Shown: in pieces, positions 1 through 12,003 of the stretch
How the letters are laid out: every line of letters begins with the position of its first letter
Numbering within the stretch: position 1 is the stretch's first letter
From: Paraglomus brasilianum
Lineage: Eukaryota
Assembly: GCA_910592345.1 (NCBI GenBank)
Contig: CAJVPI010000273.1
Coordinates: forward strand, 1 to 37,484
Direction of reading: 5' to 3'
DNA length: 37,484 nucleotides
The notes under the pieces: generated by a model
What the model saw: the letters and a program-made list of their open reading frames with translations, nothing else
What the model was told of the DNA's origin: nothing
Databases searched by the model: none
Position numbers and translations under genes: made by a program

Positions 1-1167
1 ACGACACATACCTGGGATGGTTATAGTCCGAACTAAGTGGTATAATTATAGTCTATACAGACTATAATTATACCACTGAAGTAAAGCAAATTTGCTGATA
101 CAAACGCGTTTTTTTATTTACAAGTCACAAAAAAGTTTATTTGCAAACAACCATTTTTTTTTGAGACACACTGTATATTTTTCCATGATTCCATGATTCC
201 ATAATAAATGATTTGTTGCCCGTGGTGCTTTACACCAATAACAGGATGCATTTAGCTTAGGTGATAGTGGTAATCCATCGTCAACTTTTATGAGACAATA
301 CTCTTGTTTACCTGCATCCGATGGTAACCCAAACATCCGTGGTAAGAATATCTGGATGCTTGTTACATAACTAGTGGAAATAATACATAATAATAAGTCG
401 ATAATTATTTTAAACTATTCAATAAACATGCCGCATAAGTAAATAGTTTACCTCGGCGTATTATAAATCATATGTCTCGTCTGTTATTTCAATTTGATCT
501 TTCCATAAGTAGGTAGACCATACAAGTATTCTTCATTATTTCTCCTATCATAATAAATACAATCAAATGAAATCCATTCCTAGATAGGCTTGATTTGGTG
601 AATTTGTTTGTAATAATAGTAATTGAGATTTCTTAATAAACTCATCGAGTTGCTTATTGTTGCTAGTCCATCCATCGGATAATTCTTTATATCCACACAC
701 ACACCACACTGGACTACATCGAAGTATTCCACATGCGGAGCAGAATCCGTATCGAAAGTAACAATCGTAAAAACGTCCATCAGCAACCATACAATAGTTG
801 TTTTCATACTTGGTAAATCCTTTTATGAGTTTGTTGCGATGCTCAAGCCATCTGGGGTATCTTCTGAACTGACTGATATCGTTATTGTACTGGTGTGTTG
901 AAAGTGAGTATATTCTAGCGAGCTCATTCATAAGTGTTGGCGTACAGGTTTCATCGCTTCCAAGCAATAGTAACATGATTATCTCCTTATTGTGAATAGC
1001 ATAGTAGACACTGTCAACTTTATTAATATACCGGTAATTTGAATCCATTCAAGTTTTAAGTATTCACATTCACTTTCTGAGGAGGATTGAATCAAGTCGT
1101 CAATTGCTTGATTTTGAATATTCTTCATCAACGACATAAAAAAGCGGAGAGAGATCATTCTTAACAA
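1..1167 (-). pseudogene. Decayed Glomeromycota-type protein kinase-like gene (N-terminal region), continuing beyond the left window edge
   Basis: ORF fragments carry the family N-terminal motifs GWTSNNKQLDEFIKKSQ...AYL(EWI) and NQAIDDLIQSS...LKLEWI, plus MFGLPSDAGKQEYCLI. Frameshifts lie between ORFs 979-1167, 563-1048 and downstream pieces. Confidence 0.7.
36..77. repeat. Perfect 19-bp inverted repeat with a 4-nt loop
   Basis: agtggtataattatagtct (36-54), loop atac, agactataattataccact (59-77). Confidence 0.95.
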
Positions 1168-2151
1168 TTACTACGGCTTAAAATAACGCTTGTGACACTA
1201 TTTTGTTACACTAATAAATGGACCGGATAATTGAACGCGAAAGACATCCAATTGGTGAAATAATATTGTCCGTAAATTAATTTTATTATTCGAACTACAT
1301 TGATAGCAATATATCTTTCAAACGGAGCTGTGGCTTCTCCTACTTTAGTTAAATATAACGACTGTTAGTAACCATTAAACGAGTCTTTACTACCTACGAT
1401 CTGTAGACACTGATCCTAGACGCCCTCGAGTCAATCGACTATTCCCTTCCGATGGGATTAATTCACCGGAAATTCCTGACAGTTCATCCCAATACAGTAA
1501 GTATGTCGAAAAATCTCGACAGACACAAAATCTTGACAGTTAGTGAAACGATAATCAGTTACAAATACCAGTTCAGTTCAGATCGTATCTTCAGCAAGGC
1601 GTTGCTATTAGGATGGTTCTCTTTTATTCTAATAAAAAATCCAATTTAAATATAAACTTTATTATTTCGATTATTCCCTGATAAGAGATACTTAGTATTG
1701 TTGGCGAAGTGTAAACCGCTTTCCCGCCGACGGTAAATAGAATTATTAATCCTTGCCAATTAATTCTATTTAGTACTTTTGCACTCAAGATTATTGTTTA
1801 ATTATTACTAGTACTAGTAGTTTTAGATAAGATAAATTCCCCGAACCGATAGGATTTGAGACTAATCCCATCAAAGAAATCGAAGTGGTTACTCGAGGTT
1901 TAAACAATAGTCTAGGGATAACGTATACAAGACCGATAATATACAGATCGTGAATATAAAACCTAGTTAAAGGTCACTAATTGTCATTAGTATTTAGTTT
2001 GAAGTAGGAAGAGCAAAGGCTTCCGTTGGAAAAGAACTAAATCCCAAAACGGCTAGTACACCGCTGCTCTCCCAGGTGTAAGCTAGTCCGACAATAGCAA
2101 CTCTTGTAAAAAACTTTACCTTAAAAACATCAACACTGTGAAGTAGTAATT
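1166..2151 (+). ncRNA. Unclassified ~980-nt highly structured RNA-like element (long rod plus multibranched tip), probably an insertion
   Basis: Nested complementary blocks: 1166-1174/2143-2151, 1339-1373/1972-2008, 1395-1405/1942-1952, 1415-1421/1910-1916, 1424-1431/1891-1898, 1451-1460/1863-1872, 1529-1536/1785-1792, 1585-1590/1686-1691. Local hairpins at 1504-1521, 1606-1634, 1696-1735, 1735-1771 and 2050-2090. Many mismatches are G-U on the + strand. No ORF longer than 65 aa. Confidence 0.6.
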
Positions 2152-2924
2152 TTCGTATCCGGAAAACCATTAAAAATTAACTACTTAAAATGCATGCTCT
2201 TTTTTGCTAGCTTTCAAGTCTGTGAAGAAATGCCTTTGTGAATTTCAGTAATATTATTAATCCATGTTCTGTGTATTTCTTTTTAGTGTCTTGCTCTTGT
2301 TATCATTGATCCACAGAAAGTCTTGTATGGATTCCGAACTTTCAGATAATTATATCCTTGCTTTTTACTAAAATCATCACGTTTTAAGCTACACAAATAT
2401 TTGAGATGGTTTTGCAAGTTAGGTTTTCTAGAGTATACACAAATTGCTTCCATTTTTCAGAAGCTTTCGAAATTCTTTTGCACTTGGCACTATTTTGAAA
2501 CGATAATTACCTCGACGTTTTTTCTATGGCAAATAAAACCAGCCATACCCCGTTTATATCCCCCCCTTTTGAGTTAGAAGCGTTGCAACCAGCCACGAAT
2601 ATCAGAGTAGATTATAAACGAATCGAGCAACTCAATCATATTTTTCGGGCGTACATCTTCTCCCCTCGGTCCAAAGTGAACCACAGCGCAGCCACCTTAT
2701 AATCGAGTGTTCGTCTGGTTATCCTTGTACTTTTCTATCCAAAATCCAACGATATTCTACTCAACTTGAGTTTTCCCGATCTTGCATTTAAGGATTTTGA
2801 ATATTTGATAACGCGCTTATGCCGATCATTTACCGATCACCTTTGGTACATCAGTCACGAGACTGATAATTTTTTAAACTTTTTTTTTTTTGCTGTTTGC
2901 AAATAGTCTAAAACTTGGTATACC

Positions 2925-5900
2925 ATGTGGACGAAGTTTAATAAACACTCATCATTCTTCCATTGGCATAAAAGCCTTATCTCACGCAATCCGTCTATAC
3001 AATATCATACTGCATCTATAGAGCGAACATTAGATCGATCTCGGTTATTATCAAAGCGAGTACCATCAAATCGCATCGCATCGATAGATCCCAGCACTAC
3101 ACGACATTTCTCGACATCTGCCATATTCTATCGCGCACAAACTTATTCAAATCGTGAAAGTGGATATGCTGACAGGCGGGCGCGTAATTTACAATATCCT
3201 GAAGAATTATCGCCATTGCAAACATTAGCCAGGTTGCATCGTAAAGAATGGGATGATTCCATGTTAAAGGAGCATCTCGCACAATTTCAGCGAAACGGGA
3301 ATATAAGGAAACAATGTGGTGAGGTGGGAATACCTCCCTCTGTATTTAAATTGGCTGTGCAAGATTTTGTAAAGGCTGTCGAAAATGGTGACTTGCCGAA
3401 ATGTGGAAATGAAGTTCTCGAAAATGCTTATGAAGAGAGTGGGGTAGGTTAGTTGAAAATTGTTGAAGATGAAGTCGACTTTTCTATTGAAATGACTTCA
3501 CAATGATGCTATTTATTCTTGACATCTCTGACTCTGTTTCATTAATTCTTGGCGTGTAGTTAGAGTGAGGAAGCTTTTGTTGAGTTCGTTCCTTGAGTAT
3601 GCTCAATTGAACATGTCAAAATACATGTCCGAAGAGCAAATACAGACGTTTTCATCACTTCGACAGATTAGCGATCTCAGATTTCCAGCTGATTGGTATG
3701 CTAAGGCAAGACAGATGAATCGGTAAGAGGCATTGGTTATGATACACGGATGACAATATTTGAGCGCAATTTGACACTTCTAACTATGAATCTACACATA
3801 CGAGTCATTTTATTCCAGCATAATCCGACTCATCTTCTTATGCTATTCTAATCCAATTGATTTGATTTTTTATTCTCGTAATACATAGAAAAGTAATCTT
3901 GCATGTTGGACCTACTAATTCCGGCAAAACTTACAATGCGTTGCGACGATTAGAGTCGGCCGAAAATGGCATCTATTGCGGTCCACTACGTTTACTTGCT
4001 CATGAAATATATGAGAGAATGAACGCAAAAGGCATACCATGTAATCTGGTAACAGGAGAAGAGAGGAGAGAGATATCTGGGCAAGTTCGCCTGGTCAGTT
4101 CTACAGTTGAGATGGCAAACATGAAGAAAACTCTAGATGTTGCTGTCATAGACGAGATTCAAATGATTGGGGATCCTGAGAGAGGTTGGGCATGGACACA
4201 GGCGCTTTTGGGTCTACAAGCTCACGAAATCCATCTATGCGGAGATCCATCTGTTATCCCTCTTGTGAAGGAACTTTGTGAAAATGTAAACGATGAGCTA
4301 GAAATAAAAGAATACAAAAGACTTTCTCCCTTGATTACATCAAATAAATCATTGTATAATGAATTTCGTCATATACGTCCCGGAGATGCAGTAGTTACCT
4401 TTTCTAGATATCAGATATTTGCAGTAAAGCGGATGATCGAAAAAGCGACGGGCTTGCAATGTGCAGTTGTATATGGAGGATTGCCACCAGGTGAGTGAGA
4501 AGATGTTAGCCAAGGGAACAACGGTCGTGTTCAATGGTTAGTGTCAGTCTGAAGAATTTTATTAACACTTTATTTCTGTCTTCTAGAGACTCGTTCTCAA
4601 CAAGCTAAACTATTTAATGATCCCAACAGTGGATACGATGTTATTGTTGCGAGTGATGCTATTGGAATGGGATTGAATTTGTAAGGCTGTTTATCAAAAA
4701 CATGACATGCACCTCAGACTATTTTCTCTATTACAACAAAAGATTTCCAGAGTACACGGCGTATTATACAATTTTTGGTTTCGTTTACTTACTTGTTAGT
4801 TATTTTTATGCATAGAAACGTCAAGCGTATTGTGTTTGAAACGGTGAAGAAATTTGATGGAAAGAGTCATCGATACCTAACCCCTTCACAAATCAAACAA
4901 ATTGCTGGGAGAGCAGGACGATTCGGTACTGCTCACGAAGTGGGAGAAGTTACGGCGTGAGTATAATAAGATTATTACTATAATTTAATAAAATATCAAT
5001 ATTCTAATTTTATTTACAGAATGGAGGATGGAGATCTGCGATACGTGACAAAAGCGTTGAATGCTGCAGTCACACATATTGATGTAAGCTATTAAATGTA
5101 TATGTTATTATCCAATGCTTTCTTTTATGTGATTAATTATTTTACATGTAGGTTGCTGGATTACAACCTAACGCCGAGATGGTGGAACTTTTTGCTCATC
5201 AGTTGTCAGAGAATGTGTCATTCTCCCAGCTTCTGGTCAGTATAGGACAGACAATTTTGTTGTTTTGTTGATATCGTTAATATTCACACTCGCATTTTAA
5301 CACCCCTTAGCAAAAATTCGAAGATCTTGCTCAAGTAGATGGTCAATATTTTCTTTGTAATTTTCGTGACCTAAAAGTAAGAAATAAGAAACGTACTTAT
5401 TTGTCAAAATTATGTTCGTGCATATTGTATGATGCTTCTTTCAAGCAACTGATGTCTGTTATTTTACAAAAGATTATTGCAGATCAGATACAGCCGGTGG
5501 AAATGTCAATAGCGGATCGATATGCATTTGTTACATCACCAGTGAACACCAGCGATGTTTTAGTCATGGCTTACTTAACCAAAGTGTGTTCTTAAACGAA
5601 GCGTGTTTATTTTATGACAAATGTCCGAATACTCATTTCTATTTCTTCTTTAACACAGTTTGCACAAATGTATGGAAAGAAAGAGCCATGTCACTTGGAA
5701 AGTCTGGTTCGACTGCCAGAACAGGCTCCAACCACTCCTGAAGTACTGAAAGAACTCGAATCAGCGCATAGAGTCATTATGTTGTATTTATGGCTAAGGT
5801 TCAGTTGTCAATAATAACTAATTACTTGCACAACAATGTCTTTGTCTTTTGTTTCATAACAACTAACATTTCTATTAATACGCTACCTATATTCCAGCTA

Positions 5901-6162
5901 TCGCTTCCCAGACGTATTCGTCTCGGTCGAAAATGCAATTGAAACCAAGGCACGTTGCGAATCCCTGATACACGAATCGCTTCAAACTATCCAATTCTCC
6001 AGGAAGCGTACAAAATTCAGCAGGTCGAAAACGAGACACATGGAAGACATTGCCTTGCAATCATCATCGGATTACGGAAATGCTAAAAGAAAGGGATTTA
6101 ATGGAGCCGAAAGGAGAGAGAGGCGGCGCAGGAATGACGACCAACAACTATATACTGCTTAA
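2925..6162 (+). CDS. SUV3: Mitochondrial ATP-dependent RNA helicase SUV3 (multi-exon)
   Basis: Motifs [67 protein letters not shown] and LYLWLSYRFP. GT-AG introns. Basic N-terminal presequence. Stop TAA at 6160-6162. Confidence 0.95.
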
Positions 6163-7339
6163 GAAATGATTTTAGTGGCTTAGTTTGCTATAGATAATCG
6201 CATGTATATGTTAATAAATTGATGTTGGTGATACGGGAAGAGGAAGAATTGTTTGGAGAAGTTTCACATTTATTATGCTGCTTTGACAGTGTATTGGCCA
6301 TATTTGCAGATTGGTATGGATGTTTGAGTAGACAATATTTAATGGATACGCGTCTAATCTTTCGTTAAGACTTTAACTAGATGCAATGTACTGATATTCA
6401 ATTATTGAATATTATACAGAACTTAATGTCGAGTTTCCGATTCAATTGTAAAGTTATATCATTTCCTCACTGCCTTCTGCACATTTAGACCAATTAAGCA
6501 ATTTTGCCTCTTCAGCATATCGACTGAATATGCTTATTTGGAGTAGATGAAAATAGTCTGTGATGTCGACCCCTGAGAAGCGCGGACAAGTATGCGTGTA
6601 CTTTCGCCCCTTCACGACCTAATAAATTTGCTCAGCAAGTCATAGAAATACCTAGATTTTCGTATAGGTAAATTGTTACTGTTATGCTTTTGTCGTCTGG
6701 GACACTGTCCCCATAATCTATCTCATATGACATTTTAACATGACAAAGTAATGAATGTCTTCTATCGATAGAATAACTCAGATTTCAGACAAAATCGTTG
6801 GTATAGCCGAGATCTGCTGGTTGAGCTCTTAATTAAATCACTGATATTAATATATTTCTTTTCTATAACAGGATACAATGTATTTCATTCATTTCAGCCC
6901 ACAGAAACTGAAGGTGAAGTTTAATATTTTACTAACCATTCGACAGTCCTTTATCTTTTCCAGCGCAGAAATTTACCGATTCCATTTATACGTTTTCAAC
7001 GATGAGTAGTATACTGCGAGTCTCATCCGTACATACCAGAGCTGAATAGGTTTGTAAAGGTTTCAGTACAAATCGAGTTGATTTCATATAAATAAGATAC
7101 TAAGGAATCGGGTTTCGTTTACGTCAGCTAAATTTACTTGCTTCGATCTCAAACCCAACAATTTCGCGTTTTTATAGACACGCCAACTAGCAATACAATT
7201 TATAGACATTGTTCTGCGATGTCAAGAATGTGAAATATTTACATAAGATGTAATTTGTTTATAATAACAAATAAATAAGTAGCAATAGTAATATTAATAT
7301 TGTTGAAATGCTCATATAGTAACAAGAAGCGTCAAAAAT

Positions 7340-8491
7340 TTACATAGAATGACGTATTCTTTTAGCGCGTCTGTTAAACCTATCTGCCCACGCTCTAAGC
7401 GGTACACCGGTAGTCTCCTTAACTTCTACCCGCTTCAATTTCAACAACTTCGCGTGAATTAAAGGTTGAATGCTAACCACATCTTTGCATCTGGTGAAAG
7501 TCAAAATCTCTAACTTAACACACTTCTCAACGCCATTCCAAACAAAGTCGTTAAACGCCATATGTTCAAAATGTATATAGCGAAGGGTATCACCCGCTGA
7601 GAATATTGCTTTACCCAATTGGTTGATTTCATACGGAGTAAGAGTATTTCCTCTAATATGTATAGATTGGAGACGCTTCTGGTTTTTAATAAACTTGACC
7701 ACATCGTCAGTGACATTACCTGTACTCTCATGTGTTCTTGTTTGCCAATAAAATATCGAAAAATCCTCCTAAATGTCAAAGTCTTTTGTCGGTAATCAGC
7801 AATTTATCAGAACAGAAACCACAATAAAATATCAACACCTTACCACTTTGCGGCAAGCGTTTAACAATAACACGTTACCAGGCGGAAGAAAGAATGCCGA
7901 TGACAATAAAACTTTTCTTAGTGAGGCTTGAGCGAACCAGCTCTTCATATCATCGGTTCCAAACTCAACAAAGGGATATGCAAGAGAATCAAGCCGTACA
8001 TCATATCGTGAAAACATTGATAGTATAGCTTGAAGTAATATATAGTATTTGGGTGTCGCAATACCATCGCTAACACCGGTTTCTCGCAACCATTGGTGAA
8101 TTCCTGCATGAAGAAAATACATATCGAGCTCTCGTATATAATACGGATAAGGCGTAGTAATGTGTTGACGAACAGGAAAAGGGAAAAGATTTATATTTTG
8201 TATCCCGGAAGACTGTTTAACGTCATCCTGTGTAATAAAACTCATTAAAGTATCAAAGGTTGGGAGATGTGTAAACCCGGGTGAGTTCCAATATACAGGA
8301 ATCCCTATTGCTCGCCAATATCTCGAAACTTGTAAACATGCTCTAATAGTATCGAGTCCATCATTATAGTTTTGGTAATCAATAAAGTCATAATTAAGAC
8401 GCCTGCTAATTTCAATGTAGTCAACTTGTGGACCTTCCTTTACAAAAGAAAGTATCTGACGGAGAACTATATCAGGAAGAGCAGAAGCCAT
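7340..8491 (-). CDS. F-box / leucine-rich-repeat (RNI-like) protein, 2 exons (intron 7769-7843)
   Basis: N-terminal LPDIVLRQILSF...CLQVSRYWRAIGIPVYW is F-box-like, followed by PYPYYIRELD and C-terminal LRR-like units (LQSIHI, LRYIHF, LEILTF, LKRVEV). The GT-AG intron joins the two ORFs in frame. Confidence 0.8.
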
Positions 8492-8524
8492 AACTCGGAT
8501 GCTTGAGATAATGTAATATTAAAT

Positions 8525-8650
8525 TGTGAGAGCTGATGCTGAAATCCAGCTGAAGCTGAAACTAACCAATGGGATTAGAGAATAAAATCTGATCAACCAA
8601 TGAAAGGTCATTTTTTCAGCTTCAGCCGACATTCAGCATCAGCCGTGACA
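8525..8650. mobile_element. Short MITE-like foldback with TGT...ACA ends (Ginger-like termini)
   Basis: Left arm tgtgagagctgatgctgaaatccagctgaagctgaaa versus the reverse complement of the right arm, tgtcacggctgatgctgaatgtcggctgaagctgaaa. No clear target-site duplication. Confidence 0.65.
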
Positions 8651-8793
8651 TTTAATTAGTGCTACGAACCTTATCCAATCTCAGTTAATCTTATAAACGA
8701 TCGGAACTGCAATTTATCTGATTGGATAGTGGATCTTCATCGCATATACAGTTTCTATTTCTACTTCTTCTATACGATATTCTACCCAACAAT

Positions 8794-10170
8794 ATGAGCG
8801 CTGCTGATGATGATATCAAAGAGCAAAAGCACCCAGATACAAAGGAGGCTGCTGCAAAATTTTGGCATAGTTTTCAGCAAGAACGTGAAGGTACGTTATG
8901 AAGTAATATTTCGAATTTTGTTCTAATCATCGTAATGATTCCTCTGACTTCTTTCACCAGCAATACGTCAAAGCATATCAGATCTTTGTACGCAATCCCG
9001 TTCCTCAGTTTCTAGTTTATGTGACAAAATTCTCGAACAGATTAATGATCTAGAGAAGAAGTTGATAGAAGCTACAATATATTTGCCTCCATACGATCAA
9101 AGACAGTTGACCTTGGTATGATTGAAGAGTATAACTTTGTTTTTATCCTGCTACAGCCTCGTATTTACACACTATCTCAACTTGACAAAAACTAGCAAGT
9201 GAAATCTTTAAATGAAGAACTGAGTAATCAAAGATCAATCCTAATGCCAAAAAGTAAATTTTCCTTTAAATCAAGGAAGACAGCAGCTATCTCTACTAAA
9301 TCTACATCTACTACTGGGACAGTGCCATCACAGGCACAACCGCCTGAAACGTCTTCAGTAAAAGAGTCTGCTTTGTCGACAATGTCACCAAACTTTAAGA
9401 TTATTACACTTCATGATGAACAGGGAAAATACTTTGACATTAAATCCCTTGTTGCATCGGATGCAGATAATAAAATTGTGGACTTTCAACTATCAAATCT
9501 CACTGATTGCATCGTAAACTTAGTCAGTACCGATACTGTAATCGGTGCTATTCATATAAAGAATCTTAAAAATACATTGATTATGTCTAGTCCTGTTGGA
9601 AGTTCAATTTTGTCACATGGATGTGAAAGGTGTGTATTTCTTGTTGGCTGTCATCAGGTAAGAGTCAAGCTACAGGTTAGCATTATTATACATGTCTTTA
9701 CTTTACTGCTTATTATTACTGATCAGTTGATGCGGTTTATGGTAATCAGTTTAGAATACATGATTCAATTAAAATGAAGATATATTTGCATGTGACAAGC
9801 CATCCAATAATTGAAGACTGCAGAGAGATACAATTTGCACCATACACACTGGCAATTGATGGGCTAGAACAGATGTTTGAAGTATGCTAATATTACATCA
9901 GTTACAATTCAATACAAAGAATGGTCACATTTCAACTATTAATTAATGACTTGAATTTTACATTTAATTGCACAGAAAGCCAAATTAGATCAGTCAATCA
10001 ATCACTATGATAAAGCTGAAGATTTTAAATGGCTAAAACAACAAGTGTCACCCAATTGGAGTTTATTACAAGAACAGGAATGGAAAAAGGATTGGCCCTT
10101 AAATATAAAAGACAGTAGTCAAGAATCAATTAAACGCATTTTAGATGACATTGTTAAATTAAAAGGCTGA
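8794..10170 (+). CDS. TBCC: Tubulin-specific chaperone C (multi-exon)
   Basis: N-terminal helical domain with YLPPYDQRQL and PKSKFSFKSRK. C-CAP/cofactor C domain with GSSILSHGCERCVFLVGCHQ|FRIHDS, HVTSHPIIEDC..IQFAPY and DFKWLKQQVSPNWS. Confidence 0.92.
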
Positions 10171-10289
10171 AATATTTAATTCACTGAATTCTACAAATAG
10201 AAACTTAGTAACAACAATGTCTTTGACAATGAGAATGAACAAATCATGACATCCAAAAGATCTTGAGCTGGAATGTCAGTATTTGCCAT

Positions 10290-11240
10290 TCATTCAGCAT
10301 CTGTACGAAATAAAGACTTAACTGCTCTCTCTATCTTACGAGCATAACTCCATCCTATTAACACTCCATTTCTCCAACCGTCATTTCTCTCAGTATTAGT
10401 ATGAGCAACCTTTTGGTTATTGTCGACAGCAGCAATAAAGTGTTTTATTGCCAATGCCATCTGAGCAGCACACTTATCTTCCGGGAATCCACCAACCCCA
10501 GTGCCAAATCCAGCACACACAATCTCATCAATTCTTTGGTGCTTGGAATTTTTATCTTCAGACTTGACAACAGCATTATGGTACCTCACTGCTGTTAACA
10601 TTGCCCAAGTACATCTATAAATAATATCATCACCCGGATCCAACGATTTAGGTGTTCTCATTGTTGGACAGTGAGCAATGTATCTTGGTGCATTCAATTT
10701 TTTATACTTCTTAATGCTGGACGACAATTCTTTCACATCTACTATCAAACAAGTACCAACATTTTGTTCACTACACCATTTATCTTGTATTTCTTTCTGG
10801 ACTATTGGAACTAGTGCCTCAAACCCGCCATAGTATTCGGAGAGATAATAGTCTAACCCACCATCCATAAGGCCAAAACTGTTGGCGGGCGACACTACAC
10901 ATTGGAAGGCACCCTTCTTAAGGAGTTCCTGAAATGTTGTGTTATGTGTTTCAACTTTAAAGTCTTGAGTCGGATCAGTTAAATTGACTGAAGTGATCTT
11001 GGAGATTTCTTTGTCCCATGCTTTTACTAATGACTACGGATATCAAAGTTAGGAAAGTGTAAATAGACCTACCCAAATCGAGTCAGATGTACTTGTAATT
11101 GCACATTCATAATTTATTAGTTATAGCGTCACATACAGATTACTGTCATTACTCACAGTTCTCGTATCTACCAAATGTAGTTTGAAGGCATGAGGAGAGA
11201 GGTTCTCTATAGACAGTTCTGAAACATCGCTATCAGTCAT
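10290..11240 (-). CDS. Macro domain (ADP-ribose binding/processing) protein, 275 aa, 2 exons (11240-11157, 11033-10290)
   Basis: VSPANSFGLMDGGLD, YIAHCPTMRTP and CAGFGTGVGG macro-domain motifs. The GT-AG intron is in phase. Confidence 0.9.
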
Positions 11241-12003
11241 TTTTCTCTCTTTCACTCTTTGTATTCAATTAATTAGAAATGCTTGCTGAAAGTTCGGAAC
11301 ATCGGTTGCCGTTCAAGGTACGCTGAGCTTAAATGGGGGTTTTTTGCCTATTCCCAGTTAGTAACCAATCAGCCCTATTTTTCGCCATGCGCAATGTTGC
11401 ACAAACATTAAACATACTTGTTATTACCCAAAGCCTACATCGTGTGATATACAGGTGTCGGCCAGCTAACCAAAGCCGCCAATTTGCTGTGAAAGGGGAA
11501 ATAAAGAGTATGATGGCTAATTGCTACAATAAGCATTAATATCCGCACATCATGTACCACCACAATGCAATATGTCATGAATACTAAATACGTGTATTTA
11601 ATAACAATTTCCCTTGTGTACTTTATTCTATTGTTGTGCGTTGACTGAAATAATAAAGAATTGCATTCAGGTCACATATTTTACTCATTTGTTAAAATTT
11701 TATGTAAATCTCATAATTGCTATAATTGTTCTATTATTTACCCCCTAATCTTTCGATCGTCAGTCGATCGAACAGAAACAATCTCTTTCGAATTCTTTGC
11801 CATATAGTTAAAACGACAAGCGACTGGAATAAGTCAAAGACAAGCAGATTCACGAACAATTAGCGAAACCCTGGGGACTAGTTTTAACGGTATTTTTATT
11901 AAAGTCTATGTTTTTGATAACCGTCGTCATACAATCTACACACCAGCTGCACTAAATAAAACCATGTCTACTATCACTCACACCAGCCTTCTGTGGATAA
12001 CAA

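Noticed and set aside
1452..1649. 65-aa ORF inside the structured element
   Set aside because: Short, with no motifs. Likely incidental to the structured sequence.
1585..1690. Hammerhead or hairpin ribozyme cores (CTGATAAG on +, CTGAAGA on -, and GTATATTA on - near 1938)
   Set aside because: No correctly placed GAAA and stems for a hammerhead, and no AGAAACA partner strand for a hairpin ribozyme.
1468..1860. RNase P/MRP RNA (GGAAATTCCTG with ACCGATAGGATTT as P4)
   Set aside because: There is no room for P2/P3 between the putative P1 and P4, and the CR-V register is off by one.
1433..1916. Group I intron core (GAGACTA at about 1858-1864 with ATAGTCT at about 1907-1913 as P7, GATGGGAT/ATCCCATC as P3)
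   Set aside because: P7/P8-like geometry can be drawn, but no P4/P6 pairing or UCA J6/7 was found, and the same bases pair better in the long rod. An Infernal search would settle it.
2190..2530. Possible HMG-box relic on the minus strand (ISKASEKWK; KVRNPYKTF...KKYTE)
   Set aside because: Multiple stops and frameshifts. The similarity is too weak to support by eye.
6990..7050. Possible C/D snoRNA (CGATGA...CTGA)
   Set aside because: Imperfect box C, no terminal stem and no recognisable rRNA guide.
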